64,000 nucleotides of DNA, from assembly GCA_951406725.2 (NCBI GenBank), contig OX597821.1:100936001-101000000 (forward strand), given 5' to 3'. Below the pieces are notes generated by a model. It saw nothing but the letters and a program-made list of their open reading frames with translations. It did not search any database and was not told the origin of the DNA. How positions within the stretch are numbered: the first letter of the stretch is position 1; every line of letters begins with the position of its first letter. The translations under genes and the position numbers were made by a program. Shown in pieces: positions 42,295-55,069 of this stretch. The DNA comes from Octopus vulgaris. Its lineage: Eukaryota.

Positions 42295-42897
42295 AACATG
42301 CACACATACATACACACACACAAACATGCATTTAGCCAAAGTCAACTCTTTTGAGCACAACCATGTCTATCTGGATATTTTTATTTATTCTTATTTAAGT
42401 GAAATTTAATTTTTTTTCATCTTTTCCTTAATTTTAATTTTTTTCTTTATTTTCTTTAATTTAAAAATTTTTCTTATTTATTTTTAATTTTCTTTTTTTT
42501 TATAGCAAAATACATTAAACAAAAGATATGATCAGGAGATTAACACAAAATGGAATGCCGATGGTAACATGGAATACCTTCCAAACAGATTGATGTGACT
42601 GTAATACAAATTTGTTTCTCTCTTGTATTTCTTTTCATTGGAGTGTCTTTTTGTGACACATTTGATACTTTGCTCCATCCTTTCTTTCAATACGTTTACT
42701 CATTCTTGTTAATTGATGCGCTTCCTTGCAAAACAGCCTGTAACCATCTTTATCCTCATTTCTGCTAAACAAGCTTAAACGTCTTCAGTGAGAAGGATAG
42801 CTGCAATAAATATAAAGAGAACAGACTTAAGGGGTCAGAAACAGTCCTGTTAGTTGTGATATAACTGACTGTTTCAAATTTTGACACAAGGCTAGCA

Positions 42898-43220
42898 ATT
42901 TTGAAGGGAGGAGATTTTGAGGAGAGGGGATTTTGAGGGGAGGAGATTTTGAGGAGAGGGGATTTTGAGGAGAGGAGATTTTGAGGAGAGGAGATTTTGA
43001 GGAAAGGGGATTTTGAGGAGAGGGGATTTTGAGGAGAGGGGATTTTGAGGAGAGGGGATTTTGAGGAAAGGGAATTTTGAGGAGAGGAGAGGAGATTTTG
43101 AGGAGAGGAGATTTTGAGGAGTGGAGATTTTGAGGAGTGGAGATTTTGAGGAGAGGGGATTTTGATGGGAGGGGATTTTGAGGAGAGGGGATTTTGATGG
43201 GAGGGGATTTTGAGAGGAGG
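42898..43220. repeat. 16-bp G-rich minisatellite (~20 copies) inside a SINE
   Basis: Unit GATTTTGAGGAGAGG(G/A); flanks are the two halves of a tRNA-SINE. Confidence 0.92.
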
Positions 43221-43640
43221 GTAAAAGTCAAATTCATTGTCCAGAGTACTTCATTGTTGCTGTAGTTCTATCCCCACCTACACTGCTCAGAGATGAAAGG
43301 CAAAGTTGAGCTTGACCATTACATTCTGAGTTCAAATCCTACCTAGGTCAACTTTGCTTTTCATCCCTCCAGGGTTGATAAAATAAAGTACTAGTCAAGT
43401 GGTGGTGATCAATGGTATCAATTTAACCCATCCCCTCAAAAATGCTGGACTTCTGCCTAAATTAGAAACTTATTAATGAAGCTGGTGTTTGTAACATAAA
43501 TTAACACAAAATTTTGATGGAAGGCTTTGATTTTAAACAAGATGTGTGTATCTGAACCAAGGGAAGTTTCAGGCACATTGGTATCAAAAAGGTTAATACA
43601 AAGTTTTGTTTTAGAAAATATTCATTAAAAGAAACATACC

Positions 43641-43740
43641 CTACGTAGAAAATAAAACTTCTTGGGTAGCTTTCCTAATAACAGAAGAAACCTTTTCAAT
43701 ATCTTCAGGCACGAGTTTTCGGTTGACAGCAATTCTAATA
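43641..43740 (-). CDS. SPTLC1: SPTLC1 last coding exon
   Basis: (S)IRIAVNRKLVPEDIEKVSSVIRKATQEVLFST-stop(TAG); acceptor ttcttttacag; phase fits the preceding exon. Confidence 0.93.
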
Positions 43741-45649
43741 CTGTAAAAGAAAAATCAGTTGGGAGAAAATTGTCAAAGACTAAAAGAAATGTAAACAGAA
43801 ATTTCAAAACTACTCAGAAATTAAATATCTTAGCAATACATGAACATTTCTTCTGAAGTAAGGAATTATCAAAGAAATTCAAAATCTGGTATGCCCTAAG
43901 AATCACCCCGTTAACACTTATAGAGCGATCTTACAAATCAAAGCACTGACAGAAACACACCTTTAGCTCATATAAGTGATTTATACCAGTCTCTATAGTT
44001 TGAACATTTAGTTCACCTTGCACTTCACTTCAATAGAGAAATCTACTTCCAAGCCTTTGAACATTTTTTCATCCAACATATCCCTCTATATTTCTCCTTT
44101 ATTTGTTCTCAGCTTATTATTTCTTTACTCCTTCTCTTTCTATGGTCTGCCTTTGATGTCAGATCTAACGGTTATTTCTTAAAATACTTAATAGCGTTCT
44201 GTTTATCATTTATGCAGTCATCAAAATTGTTATAATGTCTTGCTGTTGAGATGGGTTCTCTTTCTTTCCTGATGAGAAGATTAAATCATTTTACACCATT
44301 TATTCCTTTGGAATAAAACCAATGTTGTCTTCGAAACATATGTCGAAGGTAAAAGAATTTGAATAACATCTGAAATCAACTCCATTTTTTTTACTTATAT
44401 ATATGCATACACACAACAGGCTTCTTTCAGTTTCCATCTGCCAAATCCACTCACAAGGCTTTTGTCAGCCCAAGGCTATAGGAGACACTTGCCCAAGATT
44501 CCATGCAGCGGGACTGAACCCAGAACCATGTGGTTGAGAAGCAAACTTCTTACCACACAGCCATGTCTGCACCTATTCAATGAGGTTAAGTCAAATATCT
44601 GACACAAATCAACACTGATTTTATTAAGTAAAGAATGATGTCACTACAACCACAGCAGACAAGCATACAGCATAAAATTAACATAATGAATTTTACTTTT
44701 CTTTTACTGTTTCAGTTATGATAAAAATAACATGACATACAAACAACAGAGTCGGTTGGTTTAATTCTCTATTGATGTTTGTGCAAGGTCATGGTAAATA
44801 CCAACAAGTGGCAAGATGCTACGAGACCGGTTAGGTTTGTGTCAGTACAGAAAACAGAGGAAAAATAGAGGAGGGGAGGATAGGAAGAAGAAGAAGAAAA
44901 CAAGAAAAAGGAGCAGGTAGAGGAAGAGCAGCGAGTAGAGGGGGAGGAGCAGAAGGAGGACACACAATAGGAGAGGAAGGATGAGAAGAAACAGGAGGAA
45001 AAGTATATGCAAGAAGGATCACCGGTGACCCATTTCTCAATGCTTGCAACAGCAGAAGCACAAAAGGGCTGGGTGGTGATGTTCAACAAGGCAAAATACT
45101 CAGTCTAAAAACCAAAACCATGAATACTCCACTTGACAGATTTCTACATTTCCTGTCAATCAAATCTCTCTCACAAGCTTTTGGCTCATTGAAGGTATGG
45201 CAGAATGGTCTTGCCTAAGCACATAACTGCACAGCAAACTTCTTACCCACACAGCTGTGCCTGCACTCAATAGACAACTGAACAGAAAACTATGACTCAG
45301 TTATTCACTTAAAAATAGAAAATTAATATGTATACATCCATATCCAAATTTATATCTGTATATAGTACAATTGGAAAGATACATAATTTTATGAAGCATT
45401 ACATCGGCATGTTTCATTTGTTCAAAAGAGCAATTCTTTTATTTTTGTACTTGTTTCAGTCATTTGACTGTGGCCTTGCTGGAGCACTACCTTAAAGTGC
45501 TTTAGTCAAAGAAATTGACCCCAGGACTTATTCTTTGTAAACCTAGTACTTATTCCATCAATCTCTTTTGAAATTATGGGGATATAAACACACCAGCATT
45601 GGTTGTCAAGCAATGGTAAAGGAACAAACACATACATGTATTGTATGTG

Positions 45650-45690
<41 letters not shown>

Positions 45691-46241
45691 CACTCACTAC
45701 ACTCTCAGAGTGGTTGGTGTTAGGAAGGGCATCTAGCTGTAGAAACATTGCCAGATTGAATTGGAGCCTGGTGCAGCCTTCTGGCTTGCCAGCCCTCAGT
45801 CAAACTGTCCAACTCATGCCAGCATGGAAAGCAGACATTAAACTTCGATGATGATAATGATGATGATATATATATACGATGGGCTTCTTTCAGTTTCTAT
45901 CTACCAAATTTACTCACAAGGTTTTGGTTGGCCCAAGGCTATAGCAGGAAACACTTGTCCAAGGTGCCATGCAGTGAGAATGAACCTGGAACCATGTAGT
46001 TGGGAAGCAAGCTTCTTACCACACAGTCACACTTGCGCATATATTATTAGTGTCTTTACCAAAACATTTGAATATATTTATACCTGCCTTTTAAAATGTA
46101 TCTAAGAGAAGAAATGAGGTTCCAACACTAAAGAAAAAGATCCTAACACAAAAACATTAGAGATGGTTCATGTTAAACTCTTAATATGTTGCATAATACA
46201 CATAAAATATATTAACTACCTCTTCTTTCAAGTTTGAAATA

Positions 46242-46526
46242 CAGGGATTCCTCGACTTGCGCAAGTAATTGGGGGACGTGCAATTTGAAATTTGCGCAAG
46301 TCGAGTACCAGATATTGTTTTCTATAAATATTTACCGGGATAACTGCTAAATATTGTTATATTAAAGAAACACTTGGAGAAAGATAACAGACAAGGCAAT
46401 GCAACCATGGATAATAAATATTTTTACAACAAGCGCAAGTCGAGAATACAACTCGCGCAACCTGAACACTCGGTATCAAAAGTTGGCTCACACAAGTCGA
46501 ATTTCACACAAGTCGGGGAATCCCTG
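46242..46526. mobile_element. Tc1/pogo(Tigger)-type MITE in SPTLC1 intron
   Basis: TA|CAGGGATTCCTCGACTTG ... CAAGTCGGGGAATCCCTG|TA; 285 bp, non-coding. Confidence 0.85.
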
Positions 46527-46583
46527 TATATATTACTGAAGAGAGAATACTACTGACTTCACATATGATAAATTTCTTTTTAC

Positions 46584-46654
46584 CTTGGTTTTGGCATCCA
46601 GTATTCATCTGCTAAATAGTTAGTGACAGTCAATGCAACACCTTCCTTTATAGC
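46584..46654 (-). CDS. SPTLC1: SPTLC1 exon (71 nt)
   Basis: AIKEGVALTVTNYLADEYWMPKP(S), resembling '[20 protein letters not shown]'; acceptor atttcag, donor gtaaaa. Confidence 0.92.
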
Positions 46655-47201
46655 CTGAAATAGAATTGTTTGCATATCAAAACATTGCTTTTTAATACAG
46701 ACAAATCTTCAAATAGAAAATGAGTTAATTCACTAACATAGAAGTTTTTTTTTTGCCTTAATTTAGGTTAAATCAGTGTTTCTTATGGGACGGTAGGACA
46801 AGTTGTTTTGAGAAAATTTGGTTTAAATGTTTGACAATTCAGCACCGTCCATTGGATGGGTGGGGGGCGTTTTGCTTGTATATATATAAATATATATATA
46901 TATACATGTAAAAAAACACCATCCGAGCGTGGCCGTTTGCCAGCCTCGTCTGGCACCTGTGTCGGTGGCACATAAAAAGCACCCACTACACTCACGGAGT
47001 GGTTGGTGTTAGGAAGGGCATCCAGCTGTAGAAACACTGCCAGATCTGACTGGCCTGGTGCAGCCTTCGGGCTTCCCAGACCCCAGTTGAACCGTCCAAC
47101 CCATGCTAGCATGGAAAGCGGACGTTAAACGATGATGATGATGATGATGATGATACATGTAGCTGTGTGTTTTAATGAACTTTGATATACAGGTGACTTA
47201 C

Positions 47202-47319
47202 AATGTCTGCAATCCTCTGCAGGGTTCTATTGTCAATGTCATTATCATCGCTAGGTTCTGTTAGCCGGAGGTGCTTTACAGGAGATTCTTCAGCTCCATG
47301 TAGGTCAAGACCATCAATA
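47202..47319 (-). CDS. SPTLC1: SPTLC1 exon (118 nt)
   Basis: IDGLDLHGAEESPVKHLRLTEPSDDNDIDNRTLQRIADI, resembling SPTLC1 'ISGLKVVGESLSPAFHLQL'; acceptor ttctcag, donor gtaagt. Confidence 0.93.
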
Positions 47320-47889
47320 CTGAGAAAGTAAGAAGAAAAAGAAAAATGAGATTTAGAAAGCATTTGAATAAAAAAGCAAATGGATATCTAGTGATACAAG
47401 CATAACCAACCTTGGTTCTTTTTACCAATTTCAAAAATGTACATTAACAAAAGCAAACTTTAAAAGCATGTTAACATATACAGAAAAGTATATATATATA
47501 TATCAGTTGGTGTTGTGTTGACAGAAACATGTGTCAGTGATAATATATTGTTAACATATACAGAAAAGTATATATGTATGTTTCTTTATTGCCCACAAGG
47601 GGCTAAACATAGAGGGAACAAACAAGGACAGACAAACGGATTAAGTTGATTACATCAACCCCAATGCGTAACTGGTACTCAATTTATCGACCCCGAAAGG
47701 ATGAAAGGCAAAGTCAACCTCGGCAGAATTTGAACTCAGAACGCAACGACAGACGCAATACCGCTAAGCATTTCGCCCGGTGTGCTAACGTTTCTGACAG
47801 CTTGCCGCCTTATATATATATATATAAGTTGGTGTTGTGTTGGCAGAAACATGTGTCAGTGATAATGTATTGTTAACATATACAAAAAA

Positions 47890-47926
<37 letters not shown>

Positions 47927-48268
47927 TATCAGTTGGTGTTGTGTTGGCAGAAACATGTGTCTGTGATAATGTATTGTGATGTTGTGCGTTGTGGTCAATA
48001 AGTACTGACCTTTCAAGGTCAGTAAAATACCAGTCTTATACTACAAGTCAATTCTCTCTCTTTCTTCATCCTTTACACCCTTTCTCTCTCTCTCTCTCTC
48101 CCTCTTTGTCTAGAAGAAATTGGTCATCATCAGACATAGAGGGGGATGAGATCCACCAGGTCTACAATAAGCTGCTAGGAGACATCATGTGTAATGATGA
48201 CACTCACTCCTTTGACACCATTAGTATAAGACATATCTTATAATAATCTCAGATCAAAAATATATATA

Positions 48269-49073
48269 CTAGCAGTATAGCCCGGCGTTGCTCAGGTTTG
48301 TTTTTTAGTTGCGCTTAAAACGGCAGACTTTGATGTCGCGTTAACAAAGTTTTGACATAGTTTCAATCTATGAATAAAAGTATAGTGTGGCGATGCTCGA
48401 GTTTGCTCTGAATGTGCTGCAAATGTGTAATGCCGACTTCAATTGTAAGTATTGTTGGTTAATATTCCTTCTATTAACATTATGGAGAAAAAAATTACCC
48501 ATAGATTTAAAGCAAACTGAAGCTTAAGTTTCAAACCGCACTGAAAATCTATTAAAAAGTTAACACTGCAACAGTATTCATTAAGAAAAAGTACAGGAAA
48601 ACCCAAAACGTTAGTAAGAACAGTTTGTGGTTACAAAAAATGTTATAAGCTATAGCTGCAAGAGCTGCTGAGAACGATGCTCAAAACCAATGACATCACA
48701 ATAAAATTCTTTTCAACCCTTGAGAATTGGAATTTTTGAAAAGGTAAAAATTTTGCATTATGTAGCTTGTTATTCTCTTTAAGTGAACATTTTTCTGGTT
48801 GAAATACACCAAAAAATGGTGATACAACATTCAAAAAATCGTAAAAAATAGGGATTTTCATAGAAAAAAAGCACCATTTTGATGTAAATAATTTTTGGTT
48901 TTAACATGGTCTGATTTTAAGTTTTTCTTCTACGGAATGAAGAGCAAGCCTTCTTCTATCATACTCTAAATTTTGATCAACTTGCACCGCAGGGTCTCAG
49001 AGGAGATAGTGTTAGTTGAAGGCTACCAAACCTGCCACACACACACAGACAACTTCAGCTTTATATATAGAGA
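48269..49073 (-). mobile_element. Complete non-autonomous Helitron in SPTLC1 intron
   Basis: Minus strand begins A|TCTCTATATATAAAG and ends with a CCTGAGCAACGCCGGG hairpin then CTAG|T, the canonical Helitron termini. Confidence 0.8.
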
Positions 49074-49166
49074 TTAAGTATAATGTATACTATATTAAGT
49101 ATACTGCATATTATATTAAGTATAATGTACATTATATTAAATATAAATATATGATAATCTACTTAC

Positions 49167-49221
49167 TCTCTCAGCATTTTACTTGTTAATTTGCAGGCTC
49201 TTTGACATTGTTCAATAATTG
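49167..49221 (-). CDS. SPTLC1: SPTLC1 exon (55 nt)
   Basis: (S)IIEQCQRACKLTSKMLR(D); acceptor atttcag, donor gtaagt; phases 1/2 fit both neighbouring exons. Confidence 0.88.
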
Positions 49222-51020
49222 CTGAAATTTTAAAATACCAGAATGGATATTAACTCTTGATAAAAACAAAAAAGTGTTATTAATAGTAACAAAAGCAGTA
49301 ATAATATGAAAAGGCTCTATGGCCAACTTAACGTGAATGCTTTGTTAGAACACCAAATACTACATTATTTACCTTGAGAGGATGTCTCATATGAATGCAT
49401 GGTATATAAAGGCATTCGTATTTACATTGTTGGCAGATGAGAATTGTCTGCTCCAAATGCCAGAACTGCCAGATCACGTGATTTCAACTTGCCCAGTCTT
49501 CTCAGTGGTGAATGCCCAGTAGTGGCATAAGAGCATAACAGCTGAATATCACTATCAACAATATATAGGATTTCAGTGTCTTTTCAGGCACTAGTGTCAC
49601 AAAAAGCCAGCAGGCTTACTGAAACATGATTAATAGTGACAAAAGCTAAGAGTATCCAACAAAAGAAGACCATGACACTATCCAGAGAAATGGTGTTTAT
49701 TGTGTTTATTATTAAAGTGAAATCAATACAAAAGTAAACAAATACTTTGCAAACGAAATTTTGTTAAGTTATTTACATCTGGATTAAAAATCTATCGACA
49801 TTATGTTTGCCCTTCTTCCTTCTCAGATCAATAGAGTACAAATCAAGTACCGGTGGGGAGGGGTCAATATAATGAGCCACACATGTTCTGCAAATGCATG
49901 GCCTAGTACTTATCTTACAAAAAGAAGGAAAAGAAGTTACTGTCTTTTATTTTTTACTTGTTTCAGTCATTGGGTTGCAACCATATTGGGACACCACCTT
50001 GAGGGGTCTTAGTCAAACAAATTAGCTCAAGTACTAACTTTGTTCATTTTTGTTAAACCACTAAGTTACGAGGACATAAACAAACCAACACTGGCTGTCA
50101 ACACGAGGTGGGAGGAAGAAAAGAAACACAAAGACACACAGGCACATGCAAACACAAACATACACACAGACAGTAAGCTTCCACACAGTTTCCATTTATC
50201 AAATTCTCTCACAAGACATTGATAAGCCTGAGACTATACCAGAAGACATTTGAGAAAGGTGCCATGCAGTGAGACTGAACCTAAAACCATGTGGTTGCAA
50301 AGTGAGCTTCTTAACCAGACAGCCATGTCTGCACCCTGCAGAATCTGAAAAACTTTTTCACTTAAATAAAACAATAATTTTTAACATAATTCTCAGGCAA
50401 CCACCTTACTTATCAATCTTCGCTTTTAAATCTATGATTTTTTGCAACTTCTAAAAAAAAAAAAATCCTCATTAGTATCACTAATTATCCATCCATCTAG
50501 TTCTCTTCTACACCAACTATTTCCGGTGGAAGGATGATGGGAGGGGGGGGGGTTCATGAAAGTACAGTCCTCTGGTACCTCCTCCATAGGGTCCTTTCTG
50601 AAGCAACCCTCACGACACTTTCCAGTTGAATTTTCAAGCATAACCAACTGAGACTATGGGCATTATCTAACCACCTCGTTTTTGGTCTAATCCTTGGTCA
50701 CCTGCCAGTTGGCTTGTCTTGAAGAATCTGTCTTGTGATTCTTTCCTGATACATTCTAACCACATATCCACAGTGCCAGAGCTGTGACCTATCAAAGCAG
50801 AGAAGTTGTGACTCAACCTGGAGAAATTTCTTTGACCTTTGGGCTATGCACCCTGCTAAATAACATTATTCCAGAGATCCTTTGGAGGAACCTAATTTTG
50901 ACTGTTTGTATTTGTGATTGTACTCTTTCAGCCATTAGCTAACGTTAACGACCACAGGTAAGGACAGGCAGAGAAACCAGCTTTCGTAATTATCAAACTT
51001 AGAATAAAATATCTACTTAC

Positions 51021-51117
51021 AGTTGTCTTGCTCAATCATATCTAAGGCTCTACAGGCAGCTGATACACATAAAGGTGGTTGGGAAGCAGAGAAACAGTAA
51101 CCATAGCCATTCAAACG
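51021..51117 (-). CDS. SPTLC1: SPTLC1 exon (97 nt)
   Basis: RLNGYGYCFSASQPPLCVSAACRALDMIEQDN + 1 nt; conserved GYCFSASxPP motif; acceptor catctag, donor gtaagt. Confidence 0.96.
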
Positions 51118-51812
51118 CTAGATGAAAAGAAAAAAAAATATAGGTATGCATGTATGCACAAATAAATGTGCGCATGTGAGTGTGTATGCACATATATTTT
51201 GTTCATTTTCTAACATATCTGATGAACAATTTCTTTATTGTTTACAATGTGAGTGTGTGTGTACTCATATTTTCGTTTTATTTTCTAATGTATTTGGTGA
51301 ACATTTTTGTTGTTGAAACAATTATGGATCAAGGAAGGATAACTCTTATTTACGTGTCTTGAATGCAGGTTAAATTATCTCCCCCAGATCATTTTATGTT
51401 GTAGAGAACCATCAGTGTTCCCAGTGCTTAAAAAAAATGATATACATCTATCCTCATTTATCGCGGGTGTTTAGTTTAAAAAGAAAATTGTTAAATGAAT
51501 CAGTGAAATATGAACAACATATGGGAAAAATAAGTTTCAATCCAAGGCTCCAAGTTGTCTTCTTAACAAACCCAAATAACATCTTCAAGCAGTTTTTAAA
51601 CATATATTGTCTCACTTGGAAAAAAAAGAGTAAAACTTAACTTTCATTCAATCAAATTCTGATTTTCCTTTTAAATTCTTCATCCTAAACACTTTTTATT
51701 CCTCATCCCAACAACAAAAGTCATAAGGAATTCTCTTGCATTCATCTCTTCCATACAACTACACACATCTTATATGGTATAAAATTAGATGAACAATAAC
51801 TAGATCTCTTAC

Positions 51813-51908
51813 CTGATGATCAACTATGTACTTTTTACCTGCACAAAACCCACCAGCGCTGGCAAAAGAATTTTCCAAGGTAGCAACCAAGAAGTCAATA
51901 TCATCTAT
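51813..51908 (-). CDS. SPTLC1: SPTLC1 exon (96 nt)
   Basis: IDDIDFLVATLENSFASAGGFCAGKKYIVDHQ; Asn ('LENS') where SPTLC2/3 carry the PLP lysine, diagnostic of LCB1; AG/GT flanks. Confidence 0.96.
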
Positions 51909-54324
51909 CTACAAATAAATAATTTCAAAAATTTAACATCCATATTAACAAGTTAAAAATTTGCTCACGGTAAAGATATTAAAATGAGGAATATAGATAG
52001 ATTGATGGTGCAGGTGATGCAGTGTGGTTAAGAGGTTTGCTTCAAACCACACAATTCTGACTTCAGTCCCACCACTGCATAGCACCTTGGGCAAGTGTCT
52101 TCTATTATAGCACAAGGTTGACCAAAGCTTTATGAGTGAAAGTGGAAGCAGGAAACTAAAATAATCCTGCCATGTATGTGTGTGTATGTGTATATATGTA
52201 TGTATGTATGTATAAGGCATGAAACTGAGTATTAGTATTTTACAGCTGATAACTGATGAAGAGTTACGGTCCTTCTGTGTCTGTCCTATGTGTACATTTT
52301 GTAGTATTTAATGCATTTTTATTTATATATATATATGTGTGTGTGTGTGGAGGCACATGGCCTAGTGGTTAGAACAGCGGGCTCACAGTCAAGGGATCGC
52401 GGGTTCGAATCTCAAACTGGGCAATGTGTGTGTGTTTATGAGTGAAACACCTAAGTTCCACGCAGCTCCGGCAGAAGGTAATGGCAAACTTCTGCTGACT
52501 CTTTCACAACTTTCTCTGACTCTTTCCTCTTGCAGCTCACCTGCGACGGACCAGTCCCGTCCAGGTGGGAATACTATATGCCAAGGAAACTGGAAAAACG
52601 GCCCTATGAGCCAGGCATGGCTTGAGAAGGAACAAACAACATATATTCCAACCCATGCTAGCATGGAGAACGGACGTTAAACGACGATATATATATATAT
52701 ACATATAAAATGTGGTAATGCTTCAACAAGTAGAAAAAGCATTTGATCAGCTAAGAGAGTAAAAATAATCTTATAAAATACCACAAATCTTATAAATATA
52801 GCTCAAAAGGCAACTGACAAATGGTCTTATTTCAGCTTGATAAATGCCGGAATAAATTATTTTGATCAAGAAACCCTGGGTAACTGTATTTACAGATATT
52901 TATATATCTGTGTTTGGGAATGTTTGTGCCTCCTTGTCTTGTCATCATGTGATAGTTGTAAATGAATGTCATATATTTCCAATATTCAGCAAAAACATGT
53001 CTGGTCATGGGGAAATATATTTTGCTCAGAAACAAGGGTTGGCTACAGGAAAATAAATTCCATCTGACCCATGCAAGCACGGAAAATTGGATGTTAAAAC
53101 AATGATGCTGATTACGTAAGATTTATTTCTATTAAAGGAATAAAGTTAAAATGTCACGCCACTAGTTAATTAATCAGAAATATGAATAATCTGATTTGTT
53201 GAAATAAATTATTCCTAAAGGTCATAAATGAGTTTGGATTATTAGAAATGCCAAGAATTAAAAGCAAACAGCTCCTTTTACAAGAGAAAGATGGTTACTA
53301 AATTATTCAAATACTAAAACAAAGACCCAAAATTCATGTGTTTAAAACCAATTATTAATGTTACATTAATCAGAGCAAGGAACATGGCATGGCAGTTCAA
53401 ATCATAACTGGATGGGAAATTTTTAAAGAAGAAAGAAGAGAGGAAGAGGAACATATCAGCAACAAATATTTATATCTTCATTGCCCACAGGGGGCTAAAC
53501 ATGGAGGGGACAAACAAGGACAGACAAAGAGATTAAGTTGATTATATCAACCCCAGTGCATAACTGGTACTTATTTAATCGACCCTGAAAGGATGAAAGG
53601 CAAAGTCGACCTAGGCAGAATTTGAACTCAGAACGTATCGGCAGATGAAATACCATTAAGTATTTTGCCCGACGTGCTAACGATTCTGCCAGCTTGCTGC
53701 CCTATTACAGTAGTTGGCATCAAAATGTTGACAAATATATAAAAACTACTTTACTCCAATTACACAAGGATTAGTGAAGATTTCTATAAGAAACTGGGCA
53801 AACTAGTCTTAGTCATATAGAGATAGAAAAATATGCCCCAAATGAAATGATAATGAGGTTAAATTATCTAAGATTAATATACTGTCTCAAAAAGTAATTA
53901 GTGCCAATGCTACTCATTTTCTGTTTTGTATTTTATGGGTTGTTTGAGACTATGAACCTTCCTCGATTTCATATTTTGTTAACACTTAGCTAATCTATAG
54001 CTAGTTATACTTTAGATCCAACATCTTCGTTATTATATAATATTATATAAGCCCATCATTTTCATTATTACTCAACATCCATTTTCCAAGCTGGCATGGG
54101 TTGAATGATTTTACCAGAGCTGGCCAGCTGTACCAGGCTCCACTGTCTGCTCTGGTATGGTTTCTACAGCTAGATGCCCTTCCTAATGCCAACCACTTTA
54201 CAGAGTATACTGGGTGCTTTTTATATGGCACCAGCATAGGTGCTTTTTACAAGACAAATATCATCAGTAACTTCACATTACTTTTAAAAATGTAACTAGG
54301 AGGATAGCTAAGTGAAGAAATGTC

Positions 54325-54455
54325 ATCTCTAACTGTGGTGGGAACCTGTGGAAGAGGTAGATCCTGGAAGGCATGGGATGAGGTGGTGAAGCATGATCTT
54401 CGGATGTTGAGACTCACAGAGGTGGTGATAAGTGATCAAGATCTTTGGAGATGTC
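54325..54455 (+). mobile_element. RTE-like LINE C-terminal remnant fused to a SINE-like tail
   Basis: Frame reads TVVGTCGRGRSWKAWDEVVKHDLRMLRLTEVVISDQDLWR, a typical RTE ORF end; similar remnant on minus at ~50600-50970. Confidence 0.6.
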
Positions 54456-55069
54456 AAGCTAAATGAAATCGTAGTCATGGCAAGTGCTGGGGATGCGAAA
54501 AAGGCACCCATGCCGGTGACATGTAAATGATACCCAGTACACTCTGAGGTGTGGTTGGCATTAGGAAGGGCATTCAGCCATAGAAACCTAGCCAAAACAG
54601 ACTGGAGCCTCATACAGCTCACCAGCTTACCAGTTCCAGCTGAATCATCTAAGCCATGCCAGCATGGAAAACAGATGCTAAATGATGATGATGATGATGA
54701 TGATGAAAGTAATAGATTCATCTCAAAAAAGAAATAGCTAATGACCTAAAGACAGGCAATATATCAGCTAATTAATTCATTGTAAATAATAGTACAAAAC
54801 AACAGTTCTAATAATATCGTACTAAAAATAAACTCAAAATCTAAATAATAGTTGATGAGAAGTATGACCAGTTACTAACAAAACTGCTAAAAAGACATAA
54901 GAAGGTTCTTCTAAGTTAAGATTATGGTTAGAAGTCACGAATAATTAACTATTACATAGGTACAGGTGTATCTGTATGGTTAAGTGTACTTCCTAACCAC
55001 ATGGTTTCGGGGTCAGTCAAACTGCATGGCACCTCAGATGATTATCTTCTACTAAGATGATTATTTTCT

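Noticed and set aside
42827-43237. 136-aa S/P/K/L-rich ORF
   Set aside because: Read-through of the 16-bp minisatellite
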